Source of the DNA: Felis catus
Taxonomy: Eukaryota
DNA length: 64,000 nucleotides
Assembly: GCF_018350175.1 (NCBI RefSeq)
Contig: NC_058368.1
Location: 40,612,001-40,676,000 of the forward strand
Direction: 5' to 3'
Position 1 is the first letter of the stretch; every line of letters begins with the position of its first letter. The position numbers and the translations under genes were made by a program. Of the stretch, positions 24,726-39,470 are shown piece by piece. The notes under the pieces were generated by a model, which was given only the letters and a program-made list of their open reading frames with translations, was not told where the DNA came from and made no database searches.

Positions 24726-26734
24726 AAATAAAATCAGTAACCAAAAGATAATTGGAAACCCCCAAGTATTTCAAAATAAACAATTTCTGGGTCAATGCAT
24801 AAAACAAAGTGGATATTAGACAATATATTAAAGTGAATGGAATAAACATATAACCTGTCAAAATTTATGGGTCACAGCCAAAGAGAAATTTATAGTATTA
24901 ACGGAGAAAAGTTTTGAATCAACAAGTATGAAATCCAAAGAGAAAGGCAAAAGTAGAGAGAACATCATAGATTATATTTTTACAGTAAATGATTACATTT
25001 ATAATTATTGCAATTTTACTTCGGAGCCTTCTGCCCATTTATGGCAAATAACATAAGTAACTAATTTCCAGGTTTTCCTTTGTTCACCTTAGTAATTTCA
25101 CAGCCATTTTCTTTTTAAATTTCATGCCCTTTTGTAAGTCATTCTAATTCTAAGGGTCTCGCTGTCTTATTCCAAGTCCTACTTGCACACATTTGGTGTT
25201 TGATGTAATGACTGCTCAGAATGAGCATGAAGGGAGCAGTTGGCTTCTGGGTTTCATCCGCTTGAAGGGATGGGCAACTCCCCAGCAGGGGCTCCTTGCT
25301 CTGAGGATCAGTGATTGAATTCAAGTGTAGCTGCCTGGAGATTAGGAAGCCTCATAAATCTCCCTACTTTTCACCCCTCCCCTGCTAGGTTCTGTCCTTG
25401 CAACATAGTTTTTTTCCATTTTAATTTTTCTATTTTGATTTTGTTTTATAAAAATGAGGAAGTTGGAAGGAAGTAAGGAAGCATGATCATAATTGCCACA
25501 AAAAATTTTTCTATTTTACAGATTAGAAAAATGAGCAAAAAGTAGTTTAGTGACTTGATCAATGAAGACTGAACATTTGCAAGGTGGTTCCCCCAATCAA
25601 CCCCAAAACCTAGGGTACTAAATTTTAACTATCACCTAGTGTCTTATATTTTAATCTTTTTTTGGATTTAAAATTTTGGATGTATTTTATTTGTTATCTT
25701 AAATAAATAACAGATATTTTAATGCATATTGTTAAATATTAAAATGAAGAAATATGTAAGCAAAATATCCCACTCTTGTTTTTGTTCTTAGAAAGACCTC
25801 AAATATTAAATATGTAGTATTCTGTTTGCTTTTGAGGTATTCTTCTTCATTTTGTCTGGTAAGATTTGAAAACATACCAGGTTGGTCTCTCAGCTAGTAT
25901 GTATGTATCCCTCTGCATCATATGTGGCGCTTAACAGCCTTCTTTATTTCATTCAGGAATCAGAAGAAACTCTAGGAGTGACCTCTAGCTTTCTAACTAG
26001 TGTATATTTAAGTTGCTCTATGAGTGAGGACATTGATTAACGGTAAGCACAAAAACGAGAAGAGAGAAAAACTAAGAAACATTCCCATGTTGGGAACACG
26101 ATGCAAGACCTTTCAATTTAGGTGCCTCCAAACCTGAGGTATATTTCCTTTGATTTATTTTTCTTACGATAGGAGTTTATATTTTAGGCATGAATCAGAG
26201 GAAAAGAGCACAAGTTAGAAGCATCATTGAGAGCCAGTGTGCCAGAACAAAAGAACCAATTTCATTTTCTTTCACATTTTGTCACACACCCTCAAAATGT
26301 GTTTAGGAACTAAAAATGAGACAGCAACTCTACAGAGAGACATATAGTATCATGTCAATTAATAACTTAAAATAACCAACACGCAATAATATGGAGTCAC
26401 TGAATCTGAGAACAATTTGTAAGATGGAGTAAAGACAAAACATACCTTATTGAGCTAAAACTAAAGACAGGAATGGAATGCCTGAAACTCCAAAAGAGCA
26501 GTTTAGCCTTGACCTATTATAAAATAAAAGACCATTTTAATTTTCATTTTACAAAAGGTGGAAAATCAGAATTAATTAAACTTATAACACAGTGTGCTGA
26601 GATAAATGCTATCTAAACAAATACAGTGAAATCTCATATTATGAGAACATTGATGGAAGAGTAGAGAAAATATGCTGTAGCTGATAAAGCATAGCTTATT
26701 GTACTTATCATACTTATTTAAATTAAATAGATCA

Positions 26735-27192
26735 GAATGGAATATTACTCATCTATCAAAAAGAATGAAATCTTGCCATTTGCAACAATGTGAATGGAAC
26801 TAGAGTATATTATTCTAGGTGAAATAAGTCAGAGAAAGATAAATATGGTATGATTTCACTCATATGTGGAATTTAAGAAATAAAGCAGATGAACATAGAG
26901 GAAGGGGAAAAAAAGAGAGAGGGAGGCAAACCACAAGAGACTCTTAACTGTAGAGAATAAACTGAGGGTTGCTACAGGGGATGTGAGTGGGCAATGGGCT
27001 AAAAGGGTGATGGGTATTAATGATACCCAAGTGCACTTGTGATAAGCACTGTTTATGTAATATGTAAGTGATATAATGTAATATGTGTAATAAGTGATGA
27101 ATCATTAAATTCTACTTCTGAAACCAATAATACACTGTGTTAACCAATTTAAATAAAATTTAATTTAAATAAAAACTTAAAAAATAATAAAA
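26735..27192 (+). mobile_element. 5'-truncated carnivore L1 3' end
   Basis: aaaaagaatgaaatcttgccatttgcaacaa..., A-rich tail, perfect TSD taaattaaatagatca at 26719-26734 and 27193-27208. Confidence 0.9.
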
Positions 27193-28513
27193 TAAATTAA
27201 ATAGATCATAAATTTCTCTTTCTTCTTAAGTATTTTGATAAACCATTATCAGTTGTTTCCCAAACATTTATTTACATTTAGCTCATTTTTTCTTAATTTT
27301 TCATAAATAATGAATATATGGCTTTATTATCTATTATTTTAATTTTTGTATTACATCTTTTAAGATTTTCTCCTCACTGTATTACATTCTTTGGTTATTC
27401 CTTTAAAGAGGATGTGTAGCTGATAAAACTTCTGATTTCTTGTATGTCTGAAAATTTCTGAATTTAACGCTCTATAGATGTCTCAGTGAAATATTTGTCT
27501 TTAAAACCATTTCTCAATTTTCTTCCTGAAATTGTCAGTGCTAGGAAATGTCTTGTGTCAATCTGATTTTTATATCTTTGTGGTAAATTTGACATTTTTT
27601 TATGATCTTTCAGATCTGCTCTTTAAACAAAATGCTGAAGTATTCACTATTTGTTTAGGTATCATGTTTCAGAAAATTGTTTTTGGCAATTGTTAGTGTT
27701 TTACTCTAAGAATGCTTTTTAAATGTTTGTTATGGGAAATATTGGATTACTTTTCCTTCAAACATTGCCTATCTTCTCATTTCTTTATTGGGTCTTTTTG
27801 TTTTGCTCACTTTTTTTTCCCTCTGCTACATGTTAGATGGTTTTGTAATTTATGAAACTATATCAATTCTTTTAATTTTCTTTTAGGCTGCCTTCTGGAA
27901 GAATTTGTACTTCAACTTCCATTTATTAATTTACTGTTCACTTCTTTTCATGATATTGTTCAATCCAAATATTGATATCAATAACTGTATTTTTTTAATC
28001 TACAATTTCTTAATGTATGTCCTTTATATAACCATCTTGTTTGGGTCTTTCCCACTCCTAGTACATAATGACAACTATGACATGTATCTTCATGTCAAAT
28101 TCTCAAACTCCCAGGGTCAACCTGGAGGTGGAATCTAGGGTTGCTTTTGCTTCTCTGAGGAGGACAAGACTTTGAAGCACCTGCTGCTTCTATGGTGGTG
28201 CCCAAAATAATCATCCTGCTTGCTGTCGATGTTCTTCCTCTGGTGGAAGTTCCTAACTTCCACCAACTGTAGGTCCAGAATATTAATCTTTAATCTTTTT
28301 TGCTAAATCTCTGTAAGTGTTGATACTTTCTCAGACTTAGAGAATCCTTAGTCCCTTCAGAGCTATAAGAATTGCCTATCTTAGTTTTTAGATTTAAATA
28401 TTTTTATAATTTTAATTTTTGATAATATTTTATACTGTATTCTGTAATTGATGTGAGGACAGAAAGAAGGTAGGATGTGTTTAGCCCACACAGTTGAAAA
28501 TGACTGTTTGGCT

Positions 28514-28920
28514 GATAGACACATGAAAAGGTGCTCAACATTACTCATCATCAGGGACATACAAACAAAAACTACAATGAGGTATCATCTCACACCAGAG
28601 AGAATGGCTAAAATTAACAACACAGGAAACAACAAGTGTTGGTGAGGATGCAGGGAAAGGGGAACCTTCTCACACGCTTGGTGGGAATGCAAACTGGTAC
28701 AGCCACTCTGGAAAGCAGTATAGTGGTTCCTTAGGAGGTTAAAAATATGCCCTATGACCCAGCAATTGCACTACTAGGTATTTATCCAAAGGTTACAAAA
28801 ATAGAGATTCAAAGGGGTACATGCACCCCAGTGTTTATAGCAGCATTATCAACAATAGCCAAATTATGGAAAGAGTACAAGTGTCCATCAACTAATGAAT
28901 GGATAAAGAAGAGGTGGCAT

Positions 28921-28965
<45 letters not shown>

Positions 28966-29676
28966 GTGTGTGTATATGTATAGTGTGTATATATATATAC
29001 AGTGTGTATATATATATAGTATATATATATACAGTGAGTATATATATAGTGTATATATATATACAGTGTGTATATATATAGTGTATATATATACAGTGTG
29101 TATATATATAGTGTGTATATATATATAGTGTGTATATATATATAGTGTATATATATATAGTGTATATATATAGTATATATATATAGTGTGTATATATATA
29201 GTGTATGTATATATCTATATCTATATCTATATCTATATCTATATCTATATCTATAGATATAGATATAAAGGAATAATACTTGGCCATAAAAAAGAATGAC
29301 ATCTTGCCATTTTCAATGACATGGATGGAACTGGAGAGTGTTAGGTTAAGCGAAATAAGTCAGTGAGAGAAAGACAAATGCTCTATGATTTTACTCATAT
29401 GTGGAATTTAAGAAACAAAACAAATAAACATAGGAGGAAAAAAGAGAAAGGCAAACCTGGAAACAGACTCTCAACTATAGAGAACAAACAGGGTTTCTGG
29501 ATGGCAAGTGGGCGGAGTTATTGGTTAAATTGGTGATGGAGATTACAGAGGGCACTTGTTATGATAAGCACTGGGTATTGTATGTAAGTGATGAATCACT
29601 AAATTCTACACGTGAAAGGAATGTTATACTGTATGTTAACTAACTAGAATTTAAATAAAAATTTGGAAAGAGAAAA
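28514..29676 (+). mobile_element. 5'-truncated carnivore L1 (ORF2 C-terminus and 3'UTR) with internal microsatellite
   Basis: Track [18 protein letters not shown]...KCPSTNEWIKK; 3'UTR similar to 26735-27192; degenerate TSD gaaaatgactgtttgg / gaaaatgagtatctgg. Confidence 0.9.
28919..29267. repeat. Compound microsatellite (TG)n + [(TA)nGTG]n + (TCTATA)n
   Basis: Visible inside the L1 fragment. Confidence 0.95.
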
Positions 29677-32600
29677 GAAAATGAGTATCTGGTTAAAATT
29701 ACTTTGACAATAAATTTCATCTGTTTTTTACTAGTCAATATGAATCATTTTCTTTTTACATCAGAATTATAGCTTATGTTAGAAAGTAAATACACTGACA
29801 TAATTATGAAGGACATTCTCATATATTTGTGTGGGTGTTTTAAATTTTTCTATCTGGTTTCCTCTCCCATTTAGCTTGAAAAAAATGCCCCAGGAAATGA
29901 CTAAAAGACATTATGTATCAAGATGTAATTTTTGGCTATAACCAGGAAAACTAAAGAGAAAAATAAATAAATTGCAGCAAATGTCACTACTGATTTTAGT
30001 AAATGAATAATGAAACCTAAAAATGTCATTTAATAGAATTGTCAACATAAAATGCAGCTATTTATTCTTTCAAAGGATTACTTAAATGTAGTATTAAAAA
30101 GCTGCAGAATAGAATCATATTGCCTATGAAACTGAAGTCTGTCAAAGATTACAGTCTCAGGCTAAAATGAAATATGTGATGAATCAAAAACATTTCTTTT
30201 GCATGAAACTTTGGACAACTCCAAAATAGGATGATTTTTGAAAACATGTATAATGCATTTTTAAGTATTTGTGCTAAAGTGACCATTTGTAATGTATGAA
30301 ACCTCTCTTTAATTACTCAAAATTAACATTTTGCAAACAGGTAATATTCAGTAACAAATTCAGTATATTTATTTCTACACTCAAAAATGCTGTGTCTTTT
30401 TTTGCATTATATTGCCCCACTTTCTTATGAAGTCTTATTCTAAAATGTTTTATATGAAGAACATGGCATTACAGTCACTTTGGAGTTCTCTGTCTTTGGA
30501 TATTTCAGTAGAGACATTATGGGACACTTATGCCAACTTTCCTACATGACCTTAAAATTTTACACATTTTATTAAATCAGTTATGCAATAGTCAGACATT
30601 CAAAGTAAAATTTAAAAATAAACTTTAAGCTATGTTTCAGACAGTTATCCAAAGTGGTATGCTCATCTGTACATGTGTCAGAAATGGGAGAATATGAACC
30701 TAAGCACAAGACTAGCACATAGATACGCTGTATTTAAAGAAGGGGCTGTATTGCTGAGAAATGGGTAAAAAAAATGTTTGAAGACTTAGTTTTATTACTG
30801 AATTACATTTTGAAGTTACAAATCAAAGCTGTGGAACATTTGGAAGTAAAACAAATGTTTGAAATAACAACAAAATAGCATAACTCACTAGGCACAAATT
30901 ATATTTCTGCAATTGTCTCCCAATATAATTTCTATTAATTTTTTCATACTTGATTATGCTTACAGTGAGTATGTGACATATTTATATTCACTAAATTGTA
31001 TGTATGCTGTAATACAATTCTGTAAATTATTACACATACACACATACACATATATTCCTAGGTCATTAAACCCAACAGAAAGTAATTTAATATAAATATT
31101 AAATTACATGAATAAAATGTGGTATGCTTAATCATTTAAAAATATTTAAATAGATAGCTGATCAAAGTTTCCTTCTCTTCCAGTATAATTATTTAAAGTT
31201 ATAAATTTACCTTTAAGCATATGTGAAACGTATTTTATCCTATCACACAGTTTAATGGCTGTCTAATGACCTTGAATTTGTGCAGTTATTTATTGCTTTG
31301 TTAGGGCAGGATATATTGAAGCCCCAAAGTGTTTATGAAGCCACTTTAACTTGTCGGTATTAAGACTCCCTTGTCTCTTCTGTGGTAGGCAGCAGCAGAA
31401 GCCTCTATTCAGTTCATTAAGGCTTCCAGTTACTGTTTTCCACATGACTCCTTGAATCCAGTGTTGCACGTGCATGATTGCTGTTGCAGCAAGTTTTTTC
31501 TGAAAAGTAGTAATCCTTCCTATTGTTTTTCCCCTATGTCTCTGTTACTTGTATTTCTTCTTTGTCTATTAAAAAACTGTTATTGTAGAAATTGATATTT
31601 CCATTTAACACATAATGTAAGAAATTTTTGGCCATATCATTCCATTTATCCCCTCCTGTCCTTACACTGTTTTTTAATCAGTCATTTAAATCCAGTGTGC
31701 TTACTTGTGGTTTTCTTTAAATCACTGTCTACTATTTTCTTTCTTTTTCTTGTTTTCACTGTCTACTATTTTTAACATCAGAGAAACGTGTTTAATTTTT
31801 TTTCTAGGTTATAGGTCACATTTTTCCTCCTTCATTACATGTCTCATAATTTGTATTCACGGTGGCCATTGTCACTGTTGTGTTGTATAGATCTGGACTT
31901 TTATGTTCTTTAATGAAATGGATTTCATTAATGATTTCATTAAGGCAGAGGGGTAAGTTACTAGCAGATGACCTGGATCCTGTGTGGGCTAGTGGTACAG
32001 GTTTAGTTAAGTTGGCCTTGGGTCCAGGGAAGGACTTACACCTTGGTCTTAGGTGCTCTTCTTCTATGGTATGACCTTTCTGGGTTTCTATGAAAAGCTC
32101 AAGTTGTTTACTAAATTGTTCTGAATTGACAGGACTTGACTCATCTCTACAGCAACCAGCTGCTGAAATTTCAACTCAGGTCTTTCAGTCTTTCAGCTAT
32201 TCCTTTCCCTTAAAATCCTATGGTCTTGCCCCAAGTATGCCCAAATTATGAGCCAGTGAAGATTGGAGAGTTGGTTTTTAGAAGTGGGGGCTTGCCTCCT
32301 ATCTTTCCTCCTTTCTGTCAATTTCAAGCTATTCTGTAGTTTTGAACTCCCACCTGTGATATTTCCACCCAGGAAGACTGGTAACTTATACTTAGCAAAA
32401 TGCTCTGGGTCTTAAGCAGACTAAGGGAGTGCCTTTATGGAAAAGTCAGACCAAGATATCACCCAGTGGATTTCCTTTTCTTTAGGGTCATATATCCCTT
32501 AGTTTCAGTTTGATTTGTACACTTTTAGAGTGCCTTTGAAAAATTAATTGTGATTGGCAAGAGGATTTGTCTGATAAAATCTACACAGCAATTATTAGAA

Positions 32601-33302
32601 ACAGGAAGACTCTGATAAGTATTTGCATTTTTATTTGTACATATAATTTCCTTTGATTTCCAGAGAATTTCTAAGACTACATGTCCATCAATAATATTTA
32701 GGAGTATTCTTCCTAAATCCCTAAGAAGAAAGGATGTTATAGAATTCTTTGGGTTTTTAGTTATATATGAAGCATAAAGTGAGATGTGTTTGCAACTTTA
32801 ATTCATATTTTTTTGTTTCATAATCTTTAAATATTTTTTTCATATGTAGGTCTGATATTTTGATTTGCTCTTCTGTATTTTTTCTTATTCATATGGCTTT
32901 AATACCTTCCAGTGAATTGCTTGTCTTTTCCTTGTTAGTCTGCGAGGGCTCTTTTTACCATTACTAAACTATGATTTTTACCATCATAATTTGTTGCATA
33001 ATTAAATTGTTTTTATATTCAAAACTATATTTAATTAATTTTAGTATTAATAAATATATAGAAAGAACATACATAAGGTCATTTAATAAGGCAAATAAGT
33101 GCATTACATAAATAACTAATAACTCTATATTGCTTACCCTATGCTGGACACTGTGCTGAAATTTTAAAATATTTTTATACATGTAATCTCATGGCAACCC
33201 TATGTTGAAAGCACTATTGTTATTTCCATGTTATTAAAAGAAGAATAAGGCACACTGTTAGTGTTTTTGCCCAAGGACACAACTACTAATGATAAGTGGT
33301 TA

Positions 33303-33920
33303 TGTCACTACCCTCAGGGTTCATTGGCTCTCAGTGAAAATAGAAATTGACAAGAGGCCAAGAAAAGATTCAGGCAGCTGTTGATTGGGGGCTTAGGTTC
33401 CAGCACGAAGAAGGAAGTAAGGAGAGAAAATGTCCCCACTGACTATCTGAACAAAGAGGGGGGAAAGTTTTTAAAGAGGCTGAGAGGTGAAAGGAATGAC
33501 ATCTAAGCATGTAAGGGAGGGGAGAGACAGAAAGTTGGGAGGAAAGGCGCATGCACAAAGCATCTTTGTACATGCACCATGTGTCTCATTTGTATATTAA
33601 ACCTCCAGGCCTGGATGTGATTTTTAGCATTACAATGGGGGAAAAAGTAGGTGAATGGTTAATTCCGGGATCCATCTTGTCAAAGGCTGGTTTAGTCCAG
33701 CTTCTTCTGCAGAGTACTTCTTTCTGGTTGACATTCTACTTCCATATTCCAATGAGATACACTGCTCAAAAACATAGCTCAGTCTTTCCTTTTAAGGTGG
33801 TAAGCACAGAGCATTGGGCTTTGTGATTAGGGAGGGGGTTTGGTCCTGAACACAGTGTCTGTTCTAGCTCAATAATGTCAAATTTTGAATATGGGCAAAC
33901 TTGCTCCAGATCCTGTATTA
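33303..33920 (-). mobile_element. Probable solo LTR (ERV, family unassigned)
   Basis: Begins TGTCAC, GC-richer block next to a MIR; right boundary uncertain. Confidence 0.45.
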
Positions 33921-35159
33921 GGAACGTACAGAATACAACTTTGCATATATATGTATAGGGATGTTAATTGAGAATATTTTCTTGATTATTTCCTGAAAGG
34001 AAATTACTATTTCTTTTGAAAGAAGCATGTTTTGTTTAATTTTAAGCCTAATTGTCTATTATTTTCATTATTATAAATAATTATACAAAAATAAAGCCTT
34101 TTAGTTTGCTGATTTCCTGACTTTTGAAAGAAAATATTTGTCTTTTGAAAAAATATGCAATATGAAATGAATTTCATATTAGTCTGAACAATTGTCTTGT
34201 GTTAGTCATTTTAAGGTTTGAATTTTTCTAGAAACGATAGTATACACAGTTTTAATTAATTGATTTCATTTTTTCCAGATTTTTCATTTGATTTTACATT
34301 TAAAACATTTTACAGCAAAGTTCTCATTTGTTTTTTGAAGTACAATAGGACTAGTAACTAGCAAATATTTTAACAATAATTATAAAATATCAGTTGATAA
34401 GTATTAGATTCATCACTGATACAGAAAAAATATATAGAAATGAGTAAAATTTAAATGGAGCTGGGGTAAGTCATGCATAAATTCCCTCTTATCACCTACA
34501 AAAGGAGCAAAAGTATTGTGGGTAAAGAAGGAATAATGGTTAAAATGAATAATAAAGTTATAATGTAGATAATAATATATATTTGAAACATTTGAAATAT
34601 GTAATTATTTTCATCTAAATGAAGGTAATGCCTTACATAATTTACTCAGTATTATCTCTGTTCAGTTATATCAAAGCAAAAAATAATAATAGCATATATG
34701 TGGGTGGAAGGTTCTTGGGGTGAGAGTAGTAAATTATATTTTTTTCCACTAACTGCATGTGTGAAATAAAAAATATACAATGAGAGAAAATATGTTGCTA
34801 CATATTGTACATAGAGATATTCATCCTGAAATTTAACCAAAGTAAATATATCATGTTTCTGGTAAAGTTACAAGCATTTTCAGTAATATTTTGTAGTATT
34901 ATTTTGGAGAGCTAGAAATCTTTTCATATTGTGACATTAACCTCATAAATATAGATATATAACTATATAACTTATTTTCTATTTTGGAAATATTCCCTCT
35001 TAGTATATCTGAACACAGAAAGAGATGATAAATATATTTCAGACTTGTAAAGTAAAAGCAGAATGAATAAAACCGTTCTCTTTAAGAAATATATATAGTT
35101 ATTACAGTGGGAAAGGATATCTTGACTAATGTTACTATCTTTATCAATGATATGCAGAC

Positions 35160-35235
35160 TTGCCTGTAAATAGCCAAATAGTAAATATGTTAGGCTTTGT
35201 GGGCCATGAGCCTCTATTGCAAACACTCCATTGGA
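35160..35235 (+). mobile_element. hAT-Charlie MER58-like fragment
   Basis: ctgtaaatagccaaatagtaaatatgttaggctttgtgggccat. Confidence 0.6.
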
Positions 35236-35289
35236 GCAGGAATGTAAGTAGAAAATGTAATTCACTTAATGACATGTGACCTTTTACCA

Positions 35290-36280
35290 AAATAATTTTT
35301 ACAGGTAAGAATTACAAAGTTAAAAAAATACCAAATATGTATTTGAAGATACTGGGAATAATTAAAAACAGAAAGAAGCTGCTCGAAATTTAATCTTGAA
35401 AACACACTGTATAGCATCCACATTTAGAGGCCTTTTCCTCTCTGGACTTGTCCTGCTCTACCTGTTACAATAAAGTATGAACTCATGCCAAAATCTGCAG
35501 TCTTGCTGGTTTGAGAGGTAGAGACCCAAGTTTAGGGTTGCTACAGGGACAGGGCATTGTGCAGGTAAACCCAAGAAGGAAACAGATGGGAAAGCCCGGA
35601 ATCTGCATAAAATTCCTATTATGTTCTTAGTTGACACCTGTGATGTGCATGTGTGAGGGAGAAAACAACCAGCAATAAGATGGAACATAAAGAACAACAA
35701 AACAAACAAACAAAACAATTGGAAGGTTGAAAAACTTAAGAGATTTTAGCTGGTTTTTAGCAAAAGAGAGGCATAGGAGTTTAAAGCCCACTAAGCCCTA
35801 AGAGGGGCTTCATAAACGTCTCAGATTTTCTAAATGTGACATTCTCACAAAACATAAAATAAGCTTATACAATGTAAGTTTATCAGTCCATAATATAATT
35901 GCCTAATCAAATCAAATAAAAATCTGTTCAGAGGAGAATAATCAAATCTAAAATATGTACAATGTACTTTTAAATACATCCACTATACAATAAGAGGCAT
36001 GCAAGAATCAGGAAAATGGACCTATTCTGTGGAAAATATATAGGTAATAGAGACAGACTGCAAAGTGATTGATGGCAAAATTAGTAGCCAAGTACACTTG
36101 GAAGCCACTCCAATAAATATATTCAAAAGCCTGAAGTAAATCATGGCCACTATAAATGAATGAATGGGAAATCCCAGCATAGAAAGGGAAACAAATCTAA
36201 AATAATGGAAATTCTAGAACTCAAAAGTACAGTTTCTGGCATAAAGATTCCATTTCATGGATTTAAACAAATTGGATACT
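35290..36280 (+). mobile_element. Old L1 5'/ORF1-region fragment
   Basis: A-rich L1 ORF1-like stretches (gcatgcaagaatcaggaaaat; aatggaaattctagaactcaaaagtacag). Confidence 0.45.
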
Positions 36281-36282
36281 AT

Positions 36283-36686
36283 TTATGGGGTTCTTAAGCA
36301 AACGGCCAGGAAAGAATTCATGATGTGTCTTTGGTGCAAAAGATGATTTTATTAAAGCACAGAGAAAGGACCCGTGGGCAGAAAGAGCTGCACTGGGGTT
36401 GTGAGGAGTGACTGATTATATACTTTTAAGTTAATGGGGGTTAGGGATAATATTAAGTCTGTAAGGAATTTGAAAGCAAGGCTTTCAGGACCTTGAGGGG
36501 CTAGCTACTCTTATGATAAGGTCACTTTTAGTCTTTAATAAAACAAAAACATTAAGGAAGTAAGGCAGCCCATGAGTTCCTTGAGGAAGGTCAGGCTCTG
36601 CATGTTTCAGGTGTCTATCAGTGGGCTGCAAGATGTAGGGAGATTTAATTTATGTTACATTTCTCTTGCCTTTGTTTCCCTCATCA
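36283..36686 (-). mobile_element. Solo LTR, ERV1-type
   Basis: 4-bp TSD ctat at 36279-36282 / 36687-36690; minus strand starts TGATGAGGG; AATAAA on the minus strand near 36348-36353. Confidence 0.75.
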
Positions 36687-36849
36687 CTATGAGGAAATAA
36701 TTAGAAATTAGTAATAAAATACTTTCAAATTTCCTAAATGTGTGGAGATTGGACAGTTTCTAAGCCTAAGTGTTAATCAAAATAAATTTCAACATTCTTT
36801 TAACAAAATTACTCATACTCTTGCAAAGGAGCTTAGAAGACTTTGTACT

Positions 36850-37054
36850 TTTTGTAAATGTTTATTTTTGAGAGAGAGAGAGACCAAGAATGAGCGAGGG
36901 AGGGACAGAGAGGGAGACAGACAGAGAATCCAAAGCAGGCTCCAGGCTCTGAGCTATCAGCATGGAGCCTGATGCAGGGCTCAAACTCCCAGGGCACGAG
37001 ATCATGACCTGAGCCGAAGTTGGATGCTTAACTACTGAGCTACCCAGGCACCCC
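36850..37054 (-). mobile_element. CanSINE (SINEC_Fc-type)
   Basis: Typical body ending cccaggcacccc on the plus strand. Confidence 0.92.
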
Positions 37055-39250
37055 AAAAGACTAATTTTTTAAAACATTTCTTTCCTAATTGAATACCATT
37101 GCTCTTAGTTTTATTATTCTGTTCCCAAAATATCAAATTAGATATTATTAGGTTTTGTTTCTGTGGGCTTTTGTTTATATTTACTTACTTCTTTTTATCA
37201 TGCTTTCTTTTTGTCAGAACTGTACTCTGGGATCATTTTCCTTCATCCATATGATATTGGAGTTCTTTTAAGAACATTAATTGATAATGAAGATATATGT
37301 TCCTAAGAATATATTAAATTTCCTCCTCACAAATGAAAGAAATCATCTCTTATATGTAGTCATAGGTTAACATTTATTTTTTTCAGCCCTTTCATCGCTA
37401 TTTTTGTCTTTCATTATTAATGGTGGGGAGTCAATTTTTATGATAATCCTATGTCTGTAAGTGATCCTTTCTCCATGATTGATGTTTTTAGATGAATTGT
37501 GAGCACCTTAGAATGTTTGTTTCTGAAAAAATTGAGTCCTGGGTTACAGGTGTGTATTGATAAAGAGGAATACCATTTTGTTTCTGCAAAGCAACTGGAG
37601 GTTCAAAAACACTGGACATAATTCAGGGGATAAATTCAGGGGAGATTTTCCCCTTTACCCGGAGTAGAGGTACAGGTTACATATTTCTTTGTTTGTCTCT
37701 TTAAAATTTGCCTTCTTCAAACTTACATATTATGGACATGGCCAAGATGTATGCAGGGTCTTTTAACTAATTCTGGACAGAAACTAGTTGGTCTAGTTTT
37801 TATTTCTTTGTTCTGTGGGTGTTTGTCTGTTTGTTTTGTTGGTTTTTTCCTCTCTAGGTATTCCCCATCAGTTAAAACTGCAGCTCTGGAATAACAGATT
37901 AGCTTGTTCCCCTAGGGAAACCTCTTATATTTGCTTACTTTTCTGGAGTTTGACTTCATTATACATTTTGGTCTCTGAAAACTTTACTTAATTTCTAAAC
38001 TGCTGAGCTATGCATTATGTGTACAACTGTACACATATTCTGTATATACCTTATATAAAATAGATATAGTTTTAATTTAATTTAATTTTTAGGTTTTTAA
38101 CATGAGAGAATTCTAATGTATTTAGCTTGCCATATTACTCTGATATCCTTACTTTTGGCGGTTCTTCCTCTGTACTTCCTGTGTTGTAGCATGACGCTTA
38201 CTATTTCAACGGGCAAATATATTTGTTAATGTGTATATCTGCCAAAGTGATTATATATATGTGTATTTTTTAAACAGGCAACATGGTTTATTCATATTCT
38301 CTCTTGCAACGTGAGGAAGAAGAATGTTGACTTATAAGTGATGGTTGTGCTAATAAATTAATGTATAAAATTTGGTGTGCAAGACTAATAATTCACTAAA
38401 ATACATATATGCCAATCTTTATTTAAAAAATATGTTTTATAATCCATAGTTTTATTTTGTAGGTAGAGGTTTCTTAGTATACATTTGTTAAATTGAGACA
38501 TGCTCCCCCCCACAGGGGTGAGAAAAAAAAGCAAATGAGGAACTCAAATGGCTTTCTTGCAAAGAATTGTGCTGATTTTGATAATGCAACATGCAGTGAT
38601 ACTTCATAAAATTAAGCAATATAAAAATATCCCTATATATGTAATTATATATTGGCCATCACCTCCTTGGACCACATGTGAGTAAATCTGAAATAAAATT
38701 CATTGATAGAATTGGAGTACAGGGGTTCATTAAGATACAGAGTGGCCCCACAGAGAATGCATAACGGGAACTTATTAGCCAAAAATAAGAATTTGAGTTA
38801 TCAAATAAATATTTTAGTTAGTGTGTATCACTCAAGTTGACTTCTGTGGCATGTAGTTCCCTACTGAATGCTTCCTCCAAACAATTGCACATCCAAGGTA
38901 TCTGGTTCAAATAGAAATAGCATCTGTCCATCTAAAGAAATAATAATAATATCTTCTGTCCCAAAATCTTTCCATTCTACAGAGATTGTGAACATCTTTA
39001 CATGTTTTACAATTATTATTTTTAGCAACATAAAAAGGGAAAAAGAGATGCATGTTTTTAACAGAAAGATTTGTATTTTGTTTTACATATCAAAGGCAAA
39101 GTGATCATAAGATTATAAGGAACTCAGAATAGGCATGATACAGAATGGCCAGAAGACATTCTCTTCTATTCTGAGAATCTGGAGGCAACTCTGAGGATTC
39201 ACTAGAGAACCAAACTTTAACTGAAGCTGGCCTGTTCAATAACAACCTCA

Positions 39251-39470
39251 GGGGCGGGTCACCTGGGTGACTCAGTCGGTTAAGCATCCGACTGCAGCTC
39301 AGGTCATTATCTTATGGTTCGTGGGTTCGAGCCCCGCGTCAGGCTCTGTGCTGACGTTCAGAGCCTGGAGCCCACTTTGGATTCTGTGTCTCCCTCTCTG
39401 TCTGCCCCTCCATAGCTCACTCTCTCTCTCTCAAAAACAAATAAGCATGAAAGAAATTTAAAAAAAACAC
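39251..39470 (+). mobile_element. CanSINE (SINEC_Fc-type)
   Basis: Typical body; TSD acaacctca. Confidence 0.92.

Larger units (their letters stand above)
23976..24960 (+). mobile_element. Old L1 ORF2 endonuclease fragment (right part), carrying two SINE insertions
   Basis: Continues the EN region: catcaagaagat (HQED), ttgacatttatagaacatt (DIYRT), ttcttttctagtgcatggaaca ([12 protein letters not shown]), caaaatttatggg (QNLW). Confidence 0.7.

Noticed and set aside
28892..29302. 136-aa ORF rich in I/Y/H/T/D
   Set aside because: It is a translation of a microsatellite.
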